A stretch of 64,000 nt of DNA from an uncultured Candidatus Saccharibacteria bacterium. GTDB taxonomy: Bacteria > Patescibacteriota > Minisyncoccia > UBA6257 > 2-01-FULL-56-20. Below, piece after piece: positions 56,777 through 64,000 of the stretch. The notes beneath the pieces are model-generated. The model made no database searches. It was not told the origin of the DNA and saw nothing but the letters and a program-made list of their open reading frames with translations. The translations under genes were made by a program, and so were the position numbers. Every line of letters starts with the position of its first letter. Position 1 is the first letter of the stretch. The stretch spans positions 2,236-66,235 of the forward strand of contig CAYHZA010000004.1 of assembly GCA_964361095.1 (NCBI GenBank), written 5' to 3'.

Positions 56777-57502
56777 CTAGACCTCCGTCTCGATTCTCGG
56801 CTTTGCGTCGCCGTAGACGCCACGGATGATCTTCGAGATCCCGTCCGCCTCGCGCTTCCAGGTGCGGGCGAAGCTCTTGGAATTCCGGAGTGTCGCGACG
56901 CGTCCGGCGTATCTCTCCGGAGCTGCTTCGAGAAGCACCTTCTCGCTCTCGAAGACATTGATGTGAAGGCTCCGATACCTCGGGTTTCTTGTGAGGTGTT
57001 TCGCGATGTAGGTCATGGTTCGTGGCATGTGGACGCCTACGGTAACTAAGCCCACACTTTCGAACTTTTCATCTCTTGCGAGCTCGAAGATGTTCAGAAG
57101 TTCGCGGCCGGTGTTCGAAGGACCCGGGAGAGATTGCTCTTGAGGCCAAGACCAAATTCCCAAGGAGAGGGACGGTCTGATATGTGCCGTGAACTTCTCA
57201 GCCATCACCGTGCTTTCGGTTGGCCCATCGACGCTCTTTAGGTAGTCCGAACGATCACCATACGCGCAGACGACCACCCCTGGTTTGTACTGGCTGTTGT
57301 ATGCGGTGCAGAGGATGATGCCGGCCTCAAGATTCATCTCGCCGCCGCCCACCATGCAGTAGGGATTTTTGTCGTCTGCGGGAACGCGGACAGGCAGATG
57401 TGCTGAGTTCTGACCACAGACTTCCAGGTCTTCGGTCAGAACCCACGGGCCGTCTTCACTCACGCGTTGGATTCCTCTTCCGAGAATTGCCAAAAGATCC
57501 AA
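56777..57502 (-). CDS. hypothetical protein (possible LOG/SLOG-like Rossmann fold)
   Basis: 241-aa ORF in a GC-rich patch on the opposite strand to the flanking heptose genes. CMVGGGEMNLEAG and LPGPSNTGRELL weakly resemble LOG-family GGG and PGG-GT-EE motifs. Confidence 0.4.
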   Translation of the reverse strand: MDLLAILGRGIQRVSEDGPWVLTEDLEVCGQNSAHLPVRVPADDKNPYCMVGGGEMNLEAGIILCTAYNSQYKPGVVVCAYGDRSDYLKSVDGPTESTVMAEKFTAHIRPSLSLGIWSWPQEQSLPGPSNTGRELLNIFELARDEKFESVGLVTVGVHMPRTMTYIAKHLTRNPRYRSLHINVFESEKVLLEAAPERYAGRVATLRNSKSFARTWKREADGISKIIRGVYGDAKPRIETEV

Positions 57503-57629
57503 GGAGCACCTCCTCTTCTTTAGGGGTTACCAAGCTTTGTTTCTCAAGAAATTCAACTTATATAATATATGAAAATCCATACTTTGTCAACTATTCCAAT
57601 TATATTTTTCCTGCTATAACTAGAGCATT

Positions 57630-58352
57630 ATGGTTACGCAGGCAGTTATCGCGGCAGGGGGATTGGGGACGCGTCTCCGGCCGCTTACGGATACGATTCC
57701 CAAAGTAATGGTTCCGATTCTCGGTAAGCCGCTTCTCGAGCATCATATTGAGCAGTTCAAAAAACACGGCGTTAAAGAATTTTTCTTTACGTTGCATTAT
57801 CTGCCGCAAGTTATTATTGATTATTTTGGCGATGGCACGAAGTGGGGAGTGAAGGTAAATTATTTCATAGAAAAAAAACTGCTTGGTACCGCGGGAGGCA
57901 TAAAAAAATTCAAAGATAAACTCGATGAAAGTTTTTTCTATACGCTCGGCGATATTTTCAGTTTAGTGGATTATTCGAATGTCTCACGGGTATTTTCCGA
58001 AAAACCGGACGCAATCGGCATGCAGAGAATCGGGAAAACGGAGAAGTTTGAGAATATCGATCTCGTTGAGGTTAATGACGAAAAATTATTTTTGAAAATT
58101 CATCCCAAGCCCAACGTTTCAAGGCCACCAAGTTCCTATCTTCTGCGCGGTTCTTTTCTTTTGAACAAAAAAATACTTTCGTACATACCCGAAGACTTGG
58201 AGTATGCGATGACGACTCAGCTTTTGCCGAACGTTATCGCGCGTGGTGAGAAATTCTATGGATATGAATGTGACGATTATTCACAGGGGATTGATACTGC
58301 CGAGAAATTAAGAGAAGTTGAGGAGTATTTAAAAAATCACCTTATAAAATAA
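57630..58352 (+). CDS. hddC: D-glycero-alpha-D-manno-heptose-1-phosphate guanylyltransferase-like sugar-phosphate nucleotidyltransferase
   Basis: AVIAAGGLGTRLRPLTDTIPKVMVPILGKPLLEHHIE matches NTP_transferase motif G-x-G-T-R-L-x-P-L-T...K-P-M at a size consistent with HddC. Confidence 0.75.
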   Translation: MVTQAVIAAGGLGTRLRPLTDTIPKVMVPILGKPLLEHHIEQFKKHGVKEFFFTLHYLPQVIIDYFGDGTKWGVKVNYFIEKKLLGTAGGIKKFKDKLDESFFYTLGDIFSLVDYSNVSRVFSEKPDAIGMQRIGKTEKFENIDLVEVNDEKLFLKIHPKPNVSRPPSSYLLRGSFLLNKKILSYIPEDLEYAMTTQLLPNVIARGEKFYGYECDDYSQGIDTAEKLREVEEYLKNHLIK

Positions 58353-58392
58353 TTCGAGGGTCGGTTCATATAATCCGACCCTCGGTTTTGCG

Positions 58393-58821
58393 TTACTTGC
58401 TCGAAATGAGCCACACGACGACCGCGGCTCCTATGAGTCCCACTGCCTTTTTTGGCGAAAGGGATTCTCCATAAAAAAGAATGCCGCCGAGCGCCGTTGT
58501 CGAAATTGCAACGACTCCGGCGATGGGCATTACGATTGATACTTCGGCCTCGCCGAGTCCTGCAACGAGTGGCTGGAAGATGATATGGCCGGCAATGTTC
58601 AGTACTCCCGCGAGGAGGGCGAATCCTCCCGTAATCGACAAAAGAAGAGCAATATTGGCTTGGTTTTTCATGAACGGCACGCAAAGCAGTCCTGAGGCAA
58701 AGCTCATGATGAAGACACGTGTGATTGGCGGGATGGCGCCACACTGTTTCATGACGAGCGGCCATGTACCCCAGAAAAGGCCGGCTACGATTGCGAGAAA
58801 AAGAGCCGATGTGTTTTTCAT
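58393..58821 (-). CDS. small DMT/EamA-like 4-TM membrane protein
   Basis: ORF 58393-58860 trimmed to MKNTSALFLAIVAGLFWGTWPL..., with four hydrophobic helices. Confidence 0.45.
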   Translation of the reverse strand: MKNTSALFLAIVAGLFWGTWPLVMKQCGAIPPITRVFIMSFASGLLCVPFMKNQANIALLLSITGGFALLAGVLNIAGHIIFQPLVAGLGEAEVSIVMPIAGVVAISTTALGGILFYGESLSPKKAVGLIGAAVVVWLISSK

Positions 58822-58903
58822 TATTTCACCTCCGTGAAGTGCGTCGTGAATGTATCTCATAAGTTTTCAATGTGCGAATGGATAATAATGTTTTTCTATT
58901 ATT

Positions 58904-59776
58904 TTGTCAAATGAAGGTTTTTTTGCTATCGTTTATGGTATGCCGTATCCAAAAGTAAGCGTTTTGATTACGACGTACGAGAGGCCCCGATTCATCGATC
59001 GCGCGATTGGAAGCGTTTTGCAACAGACATTTACCGATTGGGAGATTGTTGTTGTGGATGACAGCGCAAGTGATGCGACCAAAAAGGCGGTCGGTGATTT
59101 TTTAAAAAAAGATAATCGCATTCGGTATTTTCATCGCGAAAAGAAGGGAACGATCGCGCAAGCCTCAAATTTTGGTCTTCGGGAGGCTCGCGGAGAATAC
59201 ATCGCGATTCTTGATGATGATGATTTTTGGAGTGACGAGAGCAAGCTTGGGGAACAGGTTTCTTTTTTGGATTCGCATCGGGAGTACGTCGGGTGCGGGG
59301 GAGGTTTTGTGACGATTGATGAGCATGGGAAAGAAACGACAAAAATTTTGAAACCCGAAACAAATCACGCGATTCGCCGTCATGCGCTTATGGCAAATCC
59401 CATGGCAAACTCAACGACGCTTTTCCGCTTGAGCGCGGCGCGTCATGTCGGCTTTTACGACGAAACACTCCCGCAATTCGCCGATTGGGATTTTTGGCTG
59501 AAGATGGGATTGTCGGGAAAACTTCACAATGTCTCGAAATATTACGCCTCGTACATGATGTGGCAGGAAGGCGCTTCTTTCGCGCACCAAAAGGTAAATG
59601 CCCGCTCCGCGCTTCGTATCGTTCGACGGTATCGCGGCAAATATCCCGGATTTATTACGGCTTATATGATGGCATGCCTTTATTTTTGCTACGCGCATCT
59701 TCCGGAAGCGATTAAAAAAATCACAAACCCCATTCTTTCGCGCGCAAAGAAATTTCTTTTCGGTGTTCGGTTGTAA
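58904..59776 (+). CDS. GT2-family glycosyltransferase
   Basis: KVSVLITTYERPRFIDRAIGSVLQQTFTDWEIVVVDDSASD and DDDD (DxD). The start may instead be the internal Met near 58940. Confidence 0.8.
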   Translation: MSNEGFFAIVYGMPYPKVSVLITTYERPRFIDRAIGSVLQQTFTDWEIVVVDDSASDATKKAVGDFLKKDNRIRYFHREKKGTIAQASNFGLREARGEYIAILDDDDFWSDESKLGEQVSFLDSHREYVGCGGGFVTIDEHGKETTKILKPETNHAIRRHALMANPMANSTTLFRLSAARHVGFYDETLPQFADWDFWLKMGLSGKLHNVSKYYASYMMWQEGASFAHQKVNARSALRIVRRYRGKYPGFITAYMMACLYFCYAHLPEAIKKITNPILSRAKKFLFGVRL

Positions 59777-59790
59777 GTTATGCCGCCGAA

Positions 59791-61281
59791 CTATTGGATC
59801 GTGGAGGTTTCGCGGGGCGATTCCGGGTGTATGACCAATCTTATTTCTTCAAGTGTTGGTTCTTTGAAGCGATAGAGGAGTAGGAAGTATATGGCTACGG
59901 AGAGGCCGATATTCATAAATACATTCATTCCGGATATAAGAAAAAGCCATGATGCCGGTGCCATAAGGAGGGTTGCCCCGATGATCTTTTTGAGATGCGG
60001 AAGAATTTCGAAGTTTACGTTTTTTCTTGCAATGTGCCAAAGATAGCGGTTGCTCACGAGTTGCGCGATGAGCGTCGCGACTGCCGAACCGGCAATGCCG
60101 AATCGGGGGATAAGGAGTATATCCAAGGCGACATTCAAAAATCCTCCGATCGCGGCATTTACCACAAGGTTTCGTTGTCGGTTATACGCAAACACGACAT
60201 TGCTCAAGATGACCGCCGGAAAATCAACGAGGAGCGTGAGCATCAGAATTTGAAACGAGAGCGCGCCGGGAGCGTAACTCGCTCCAAATGTGGCAGTTAT
60301 AAATTGTCGCCCCAAGATAACACCTCCGATGGCTGTGGGGATAGCGATTGAATATGCCAGTGTTACAATCCGCTCAATAGCCCGCTTCATTTTCTCTGGA
60401 TTTTCGGTGGCGAATCTTGTAAGGCTCGGAAGAACACTCAAAGCAAGAATACCGGGGAACATATATATGACTTGAATAATCCTGTTCGCGGCGGAATAAA
60501 GGCCGACGTCTTCGGTGGTGCCGAGCCAACCGATGATGAGAATATCCGTATTGATCATTAAGATGCCGAGGAGTCCCGATACGGCGAACGGCCACGCGGC
60601 ACTCAAAATAGGCCGCATGAGTTTAAAGGAGAAGTTTGAAAATATTCCCTCCAGGTTTTTCCTCAGGGCGTAAAAAGTCGCGGCCATGCCGATACCCGTT
60701 CCGATCGCATAGGCAACGGCGAACGATTTTACCGTTGGATGAAGATAAAGGAAAAGAAAGCCCACCACGACGATACAAATATTCGTCAAAATAAAAAGCC
60801 CCGCTTCCACTTCCATCTTTTCAAGCGCTCGATTGACCGAAAAGCCGAATTGGCGCATGGCATCAAAAATCATTATCAAGGCGACAATAGGGAAAATTGC
60901 TTTTGCTTCCTCGATTGTGGTTACGTGCGGAGCTATAAAGATTACAATATAGGTTCCCAAGGAAAGAAGTGCGAGCTTCAAGAAAAATGAAGTGGATATT
61001 ATTTCCGCAAGATGTTTTTTGCCCTGGTGTTTTGATGCTTCTTTCGTGATAATCGAGCTTATGCCAAAATCGATGAAGATGGTGAGAAAAGCCGCGAGCG
61101 TGATTGCATAGGAGAACGTGCCCCATCCAATCACTCCTAAAACTCGAGCCGCATATATGATGACCGCGGCGCGAAGGAGACGTCCTCCAAAGTCGCTTAC
61201 CGTAAGCCAAAACGTATTTTTTGCGACCGTTTGGCGAGTGGTCTGATTCGTGAAAAGCAACGCCTTTAATTTTTTGAACAT
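59791..61281 (-). CDS. Wzx-like polysaccharide flippase (MOP superfamily)
   Basis: 496 aa with about 14 TM helices and an N-terminus VAKNTFWLTVSDFGGRLLRAAVIIYAARVLG typical of polysacc_synt proteins. Confidence 0.75.
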   Translation of the reverse strand: MFKKLKALLFTNQTTRQTVAKNTFWLTVSDFGGRLLRAAVIIYAARVLGVIGWGTFSYAITLAAFLTIFIDFGISSIITKEASKHQGKKHLAEIISTSFFLKLALLSLGTYIVIFIAPHVTTIEEAKAIFPIVALIMIFDAMRQFGFSVNRALEKMEVEAGLFILTNICIVVVGFLFLYLHPTVKSFAVAYAIGTGIGMAATFYALRKNLEGIFSNFSFKLMRPILSAAWPFAVSGLLGILMINTDILIIGWLGTTEDVGLYSAANRIIQVIYMFPGILALSVLPSLTRFATENPEKMKRAIERIVTLAYSIAIPTAIGGVILGRQFITATFGASYAPGALSFQILMLTLLVDFPAVILSNVVFAYNRQRNLVVNAAIGGFLNVALDILLIPRFGIAGSAVATLIAQLVSNRYLWHIARKNVNFEILPHLKKIIGATLLMAPASWLFLISGMNVFMNIGLSVAIYFLLLYRFKEPTLEEIRLVIHPESPRETSTIQ

Positions 61282-61371
61282 CTGTTTTATAGTAGTAAGA
61301 ATAATCCTTTTAGGTGTTTGAACTGCAAGCCCAGATTATCATATTTTCGGCAACGGGGCTATATTTTCAAA

Positions 61372-61833
61372 ATGACAAAAAATAAGAAAAAAATAGTGGT
61401 TACGGTAAGCGGGGGATTCGATCCCATCCACGTAGGGCATGTTCGGCTCTTTAAAAAAGCAAAAGCACTGGGAGATGTTTTGGTTGTAATTTTAAACAAT
61501 GATAACTGGCTTAAGAAGAAGAAGCACGTGATCTTTATGCCCGAGAAGGAGCGTAAAGAAGTAATCGAAGCTTTGTCGAGTGTTGACCGTGTGGTGCTTA
61601 CGAGGCACCCAAAAAATCCAAAAGACATGAGTGTGTGCCGGGAGATCCAAGAGATTAAACCCGATATTTTCGCAAATGGCGGAGACAGGCATCATCATAA
61701 TACTCCGGAGATGCCGATATGTCGGGAAATAGGATGTAGGATGGTTTTTAACGTGGGGCACGGAGGAAAGGTGCAATCAAGCTCATGGCTTTTGGAGAAA
61801 TATCTTACGGCGGTAAAAAAGACAAAACAGTGA
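61372..61833 (+). CDS. cytidylyltransferase-fold nucleotidyltransferase (RfaE domain II / HldC-like)
   Basis: VVTVSGGFDPIHVGHVRLFKKAKALGDVLVVILNNDNW...ANGGD matches the (T/H)xGH nucleotidyltransferase motif and the ADP-heptose synthase domain II layout. The ORF was trimmed to MTKNKKKIVV. Confidence 0.65.
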   Translation: MTKNKKKIVVTVSGGFDPIHVGHVRLFKKAKALGDVLVVILNNDNWLKKKKHVIFMPEKERKEVIEALSSVDRVVLTRHPKNPKDMSVCREIQEIKPDIFANGGDRHHHNTPEMPICREIGCRMVFNVGHGGKVQSSSWLLEKYLTAVKKTKQ

Positions 61834-61847
61834 CCAGAGGAGATTTT

Positions 61848-62765
61848 TTATATTGTTGCGGCTGTTCTTGAAATACCTTCTTCAAATTTTACGCTTGGAT
61901 TCCAGCCGAGTATTCTTTTTGCTCGTTGTGCGTCAAGCGAAATGCGATAAACTTCTCCTTTCCGGTAGGGCGCGTAGTTTGGTTTTCCCGTAAAACCGGT
62001 TACGTTTGCTATGGTGTCAAAAATCTTCTGGTCGCTTATGGTTTTTCCCGAGCCAATATTTACCGCGTCGTTTTTTCCGCGTTTTGTCGCAAGAAGATTC
62101 GCATGAGCGATGTCTCCTACATATACGTAATCTCGGCTTTTTGTGCCGTCGCCAAAGATCGTGGGCGTTATGCCTTTTTTCATTAGTCCGCTAAAGATCG
62201 CGACAACGCCGGCTTCTCCTTTCGGATTCTGGCGCGGTCCATAAACGTTCGCGTAGCGTAATATGAAATAATCAAAATTGTGCATTCTTCCGTAGTATCT
62301 TATGGTGTCTTCGGCGAGTTTTTTCGAGAGTCCGTACGGAGAAAGAGGGAGGATCGGCGTTGATTCATTCGCCGGTATTTTTCTTGGTTCTCCATAGAGA
62401 GCTCCGCCGGTTGAGGCGAAGATAAATTTTTTATTTTTTCCTGTTCCATAGCGGGCGAACTGCGCAAGAAGGTTCGCTGTTCCCAGAATATTTACGGTAA
62501 GCGTGGGCAGGGGATCGCGGAGCGATTTTATGATTTCTACGACTGCCGCGTGATGGTTCACGACTTCCGGCTTTTCTTTTTTGAAAATCGTTTCTATCGC
62601 GCGGGCGTTCGTGATATCCGCTTTATAAAAAACGGCTTTTGGATTCAGGTTCTTGCGAAATCCACTCGAGAGATTATCAACCACAATGATCCGATGACCT
62701 GCGTTTATATACGCGTCGACAATATGAGAGGCGATAAACCCCGCTCCTCCGGTAACGAGAATTTT
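61848..62765 (-). CDS. NAD-dependent epimerase/dehydratase (UDP-hexose 4-epimerase-like)
   Basis: MKILVTGGAGFIASHIVDAYINAGHRIIVVDNLSSG. The start was trimmed to the Met overlapping the upstream stop. Confidence 0.8.
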   Translation of the reverse strand, partial: KILVTGGAGFIASHIVDAYINAGHRIIVVDNLSSGFRKNLNPKAVFYKADITNARAIETIFKKEKPEVVNHHAAVVEIIKSLRDPLPTLTVNILGTANLLAQFARYGTGKNKKFIFASTGGALYGEPRKIPANESTPILPLSPYGLSKKLAEDTIRYYGRMHNFDYFILRYANVYGPRQNPKGEAGVVAIFSGLMKKGITPTIFGDGTKSRDYVYVGDIAHANLLATKRGKNDAVNIGSGKTISDQKIFDTIANVTGFTGKPNYAPYRKGEVYRISLDAQRAKRILGWNPSVKFEEGISRTAATI

Positions 62766-64000
62766 CATTTCTGGTTTATAAAGAATGATTTGAACGTCTT
62801 GAGAATAATAGCGCAATCGAGGATAAGCGAGCGATTTTTTAGGTAGTATATGTCGTATTGAAGCTTTTCCTGCGTGTCGTCCACCGAGGCGCCATAGCGG
62901 TAGTTTATCTGGGCCCAACCGGTGATTCCCGGCTGTATCAAATGGCGGATCTTATAGTGAGGAATTTCTTTTTCGAGTAATGCAACGAATTCCGGCCGTT
63001 CCGGACGCGGACCAACGAACGAGAGCTCTCCTTTGATTACATTAACAAGCTGGGGTAGTTCATCAAGGTGTGTATAACGGAGAAATCCGCCGATAAACGT
63101 GGTGCGGTTATCCTTTGTGTCTGCCCATTGGGGGCCATCTTTCTCGGCGTCTTCGCGCATGGTTCGGAATTTATAGAGGACAAAGGATTCGTTCCATATC
63201 CCTATCCGTGCCTGTTTGTAGATCACCGCTCCCGGTGATGTTATTTTGATGAGTATAGCAATGAGAAGTTCGAGAGGGAGTAGCACGATACCGATTACAC
63301 ACCCGGCGACAAATTCAAGTCCTCGTTTCAGGTCGTCATAAAATTTTTTCTGCCCGATTTTGTTTTCGAGAAACCATGCCTCTTCGAGATCCGCGAGGGG
63401 AAGTTTTCGGAATACCAATTCATAAAAACTGGGAAAATCGACAATTTCAACACCGGATGCCAAGAGTTCATAAAACGCCTTGGTGAGCTTCAAATTTTTC
63501 TTCAGTTCGCTGGGGATCACAATGAGATTGATATGGTGGGTTTTTACAAGTTCGTGGAGGTGCCCGCTTTCGGGATCCGCGAGCCCCTTCTTGAGCCAGA
63601 GGCGTATTTCGTAACCGATTTGGGGGTTTTTACCGAGTGTTTCGGCGATTTCATTGATTCGTGGCCCCTCGCCAAGCAGGAGGATTTTATTGAGGCCCTC
63701 GCGGAAGCTTGCGCGGATGTTAAAGTTTTGTCGCCACCATGCTTCGATTACGGTAAACACAATAAGGAAGATAAATAAATTTCTCCTTGGCGCGATGCCG
63801 AAGACGGGGATAAGATAAAAAAGGGCGATGGTAAGAAGCGCGTTTACCGCGAGGGCAAGCGCGAGCGTTTTTAAAAAATCAATATTGTTTCGAAGGCGTG
63901 GAAGATCATAAAGCCCGGCGATATAAAAAACGATGATCCAGAGTACGAATACGAAGGAAAAAGGAGCCAGGTGACCCCCGATAAACTCTTCATAAAAATT
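62765..64000 (-). CDS. polyprenyl-phosphate sugar-1-phosphate transferase (WbaP/PglC-like initiating transferase), 5' end outside window
   Basis: C-terminal bacterial sugar transferase domain (ELPQLVNVIKGELSFVGPRPERPEF...GITGWAQ). The frame stays open and hydrophobic from 63761 to the window edge (...LIPVFGIAPRRNLFIFLIVFTVIEAWW). The track M at 63760 is a GTG inside the gene. Confidence 0.8.
   Translation of the reverse strand, partial: NFYEEFIGGHLAPFSFVFVLWIIVFYIAGLYDLPRLRNNIDFLKTLALALAVNALLTIALFYLIPVFGIAPRRNLFIFLIVFTVIEAWWRQNFNIRASFREGLNKILLLGEGPRINEIAETLGKNPQIGYEIRLWLKKGLADPESGHLHELVKTHHINLIVIPSELKKNLKLTKAFYELLASGVEIVDFPSFYELVFRKLPLADLEEAWFLENKIGQKKFYDDLKRGLEFVAGCVIGIVLLPLELLIAILIKITSPGAVIYKQARIGIWNESFVLYKFRTMREDAEKDGPQWADTKDNRTTFIGGFLRYTHLDELPQLVNVIKGELSFVGPRPERPEFVALLEKEIPHYKIRHLIQPGITGWAQINYRYGASVDDTQEKLQYDIYYLKNRSLILDCAIILKTFKSFFINQK

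Noticed and set aside
1-64000. CRISPR arrays, rRNA genes, transposase/integrase genes
   Set aside because: No direct-repeat/spacer periodicity, rRNA-like conserved stretches, or DDE/tyrosine-recombinase motifs were seen in any frame.

Overview
This 64-kb window reads like a small-genome, Gram-positive-type bacterium, possibly a CPR/Patescibacteria-like lineage. It encodes RNase Y plus RNase J, has weak Shine-Dalgarno usage, and shows many ATGA start/stop overlaps. Everything here comes from reading the six-frame translations and the raw sequence. No database search was run, and every family assignment rests on motifs I recognised by eye.

Left end (1-3.4 kb): a defense islet. It holds the 3' end of a C5 DNA methyltransferase, a putative type II restriction endonuclease and a Vsr mismatch endonuclease. 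It also holds an unusual pair: a LexA-type wHTH protein that lacks the S24 peptidase domain, translationally coupled to a proteasome-beta-like Ntn hydrolase.

3.5-10.6 kb: a SAM-I riboswitch with promoter and terminator hairpin sits in front of two uncharacterised small ORFs. Then come a family-4 uracil-DNA glycosylase, a membrane-anchored Clp-type double AAA+ ATPase, a NUDIX hydrolase, an MGMT-like protein and the infC-rpmI-rplT operon. infC uses a non-AUG start, and rpmI is missing from the ORF track.

10.9-30.9 kb: ddl, tmRNA (ssrA) with its promoter and a structured 5' leader, smpB, argS, ileS, an HD-domain gene in a GC-rich patch, trpS, RNase J, tRNA-Leu(CAG), PGI/PMI, an orphan solute-binding protein, secG, iPGM and RNase Y. 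ileS carries an in-frame ~190-aa histidine-phosphatase (PGAM-fold) domain insertion.

Right half (30.9-64 kb): one large cell-surface glycan biosynthesis cluster. It contains gmd and fcl plus two further Fcl-like paralogs, a split transketolase, a GT10 fucosyltransferase, a sugar C-methyltransferase and a tandem GT4 pair. It has two Wzy-like membrane proteins, a Wzx-like flippase, GT2s and a WbaP-like initiating transferase that runs off the window end. A complete GDP-D-glycero-alpha-D-manno-heptose module is also present (transaldolase, GmhA, HddA, GmhB, HddC).

The points most worth a second look are the IleRS phosphatase insertion, the LexA-DBD/Ntn-hydrolase pair, the SAM riboswitch with unknown cargo, an unassigned ~175-nt structured element between smpB and argS, and a 64-bp GC-rich perfect palindrome next to the tRNA.
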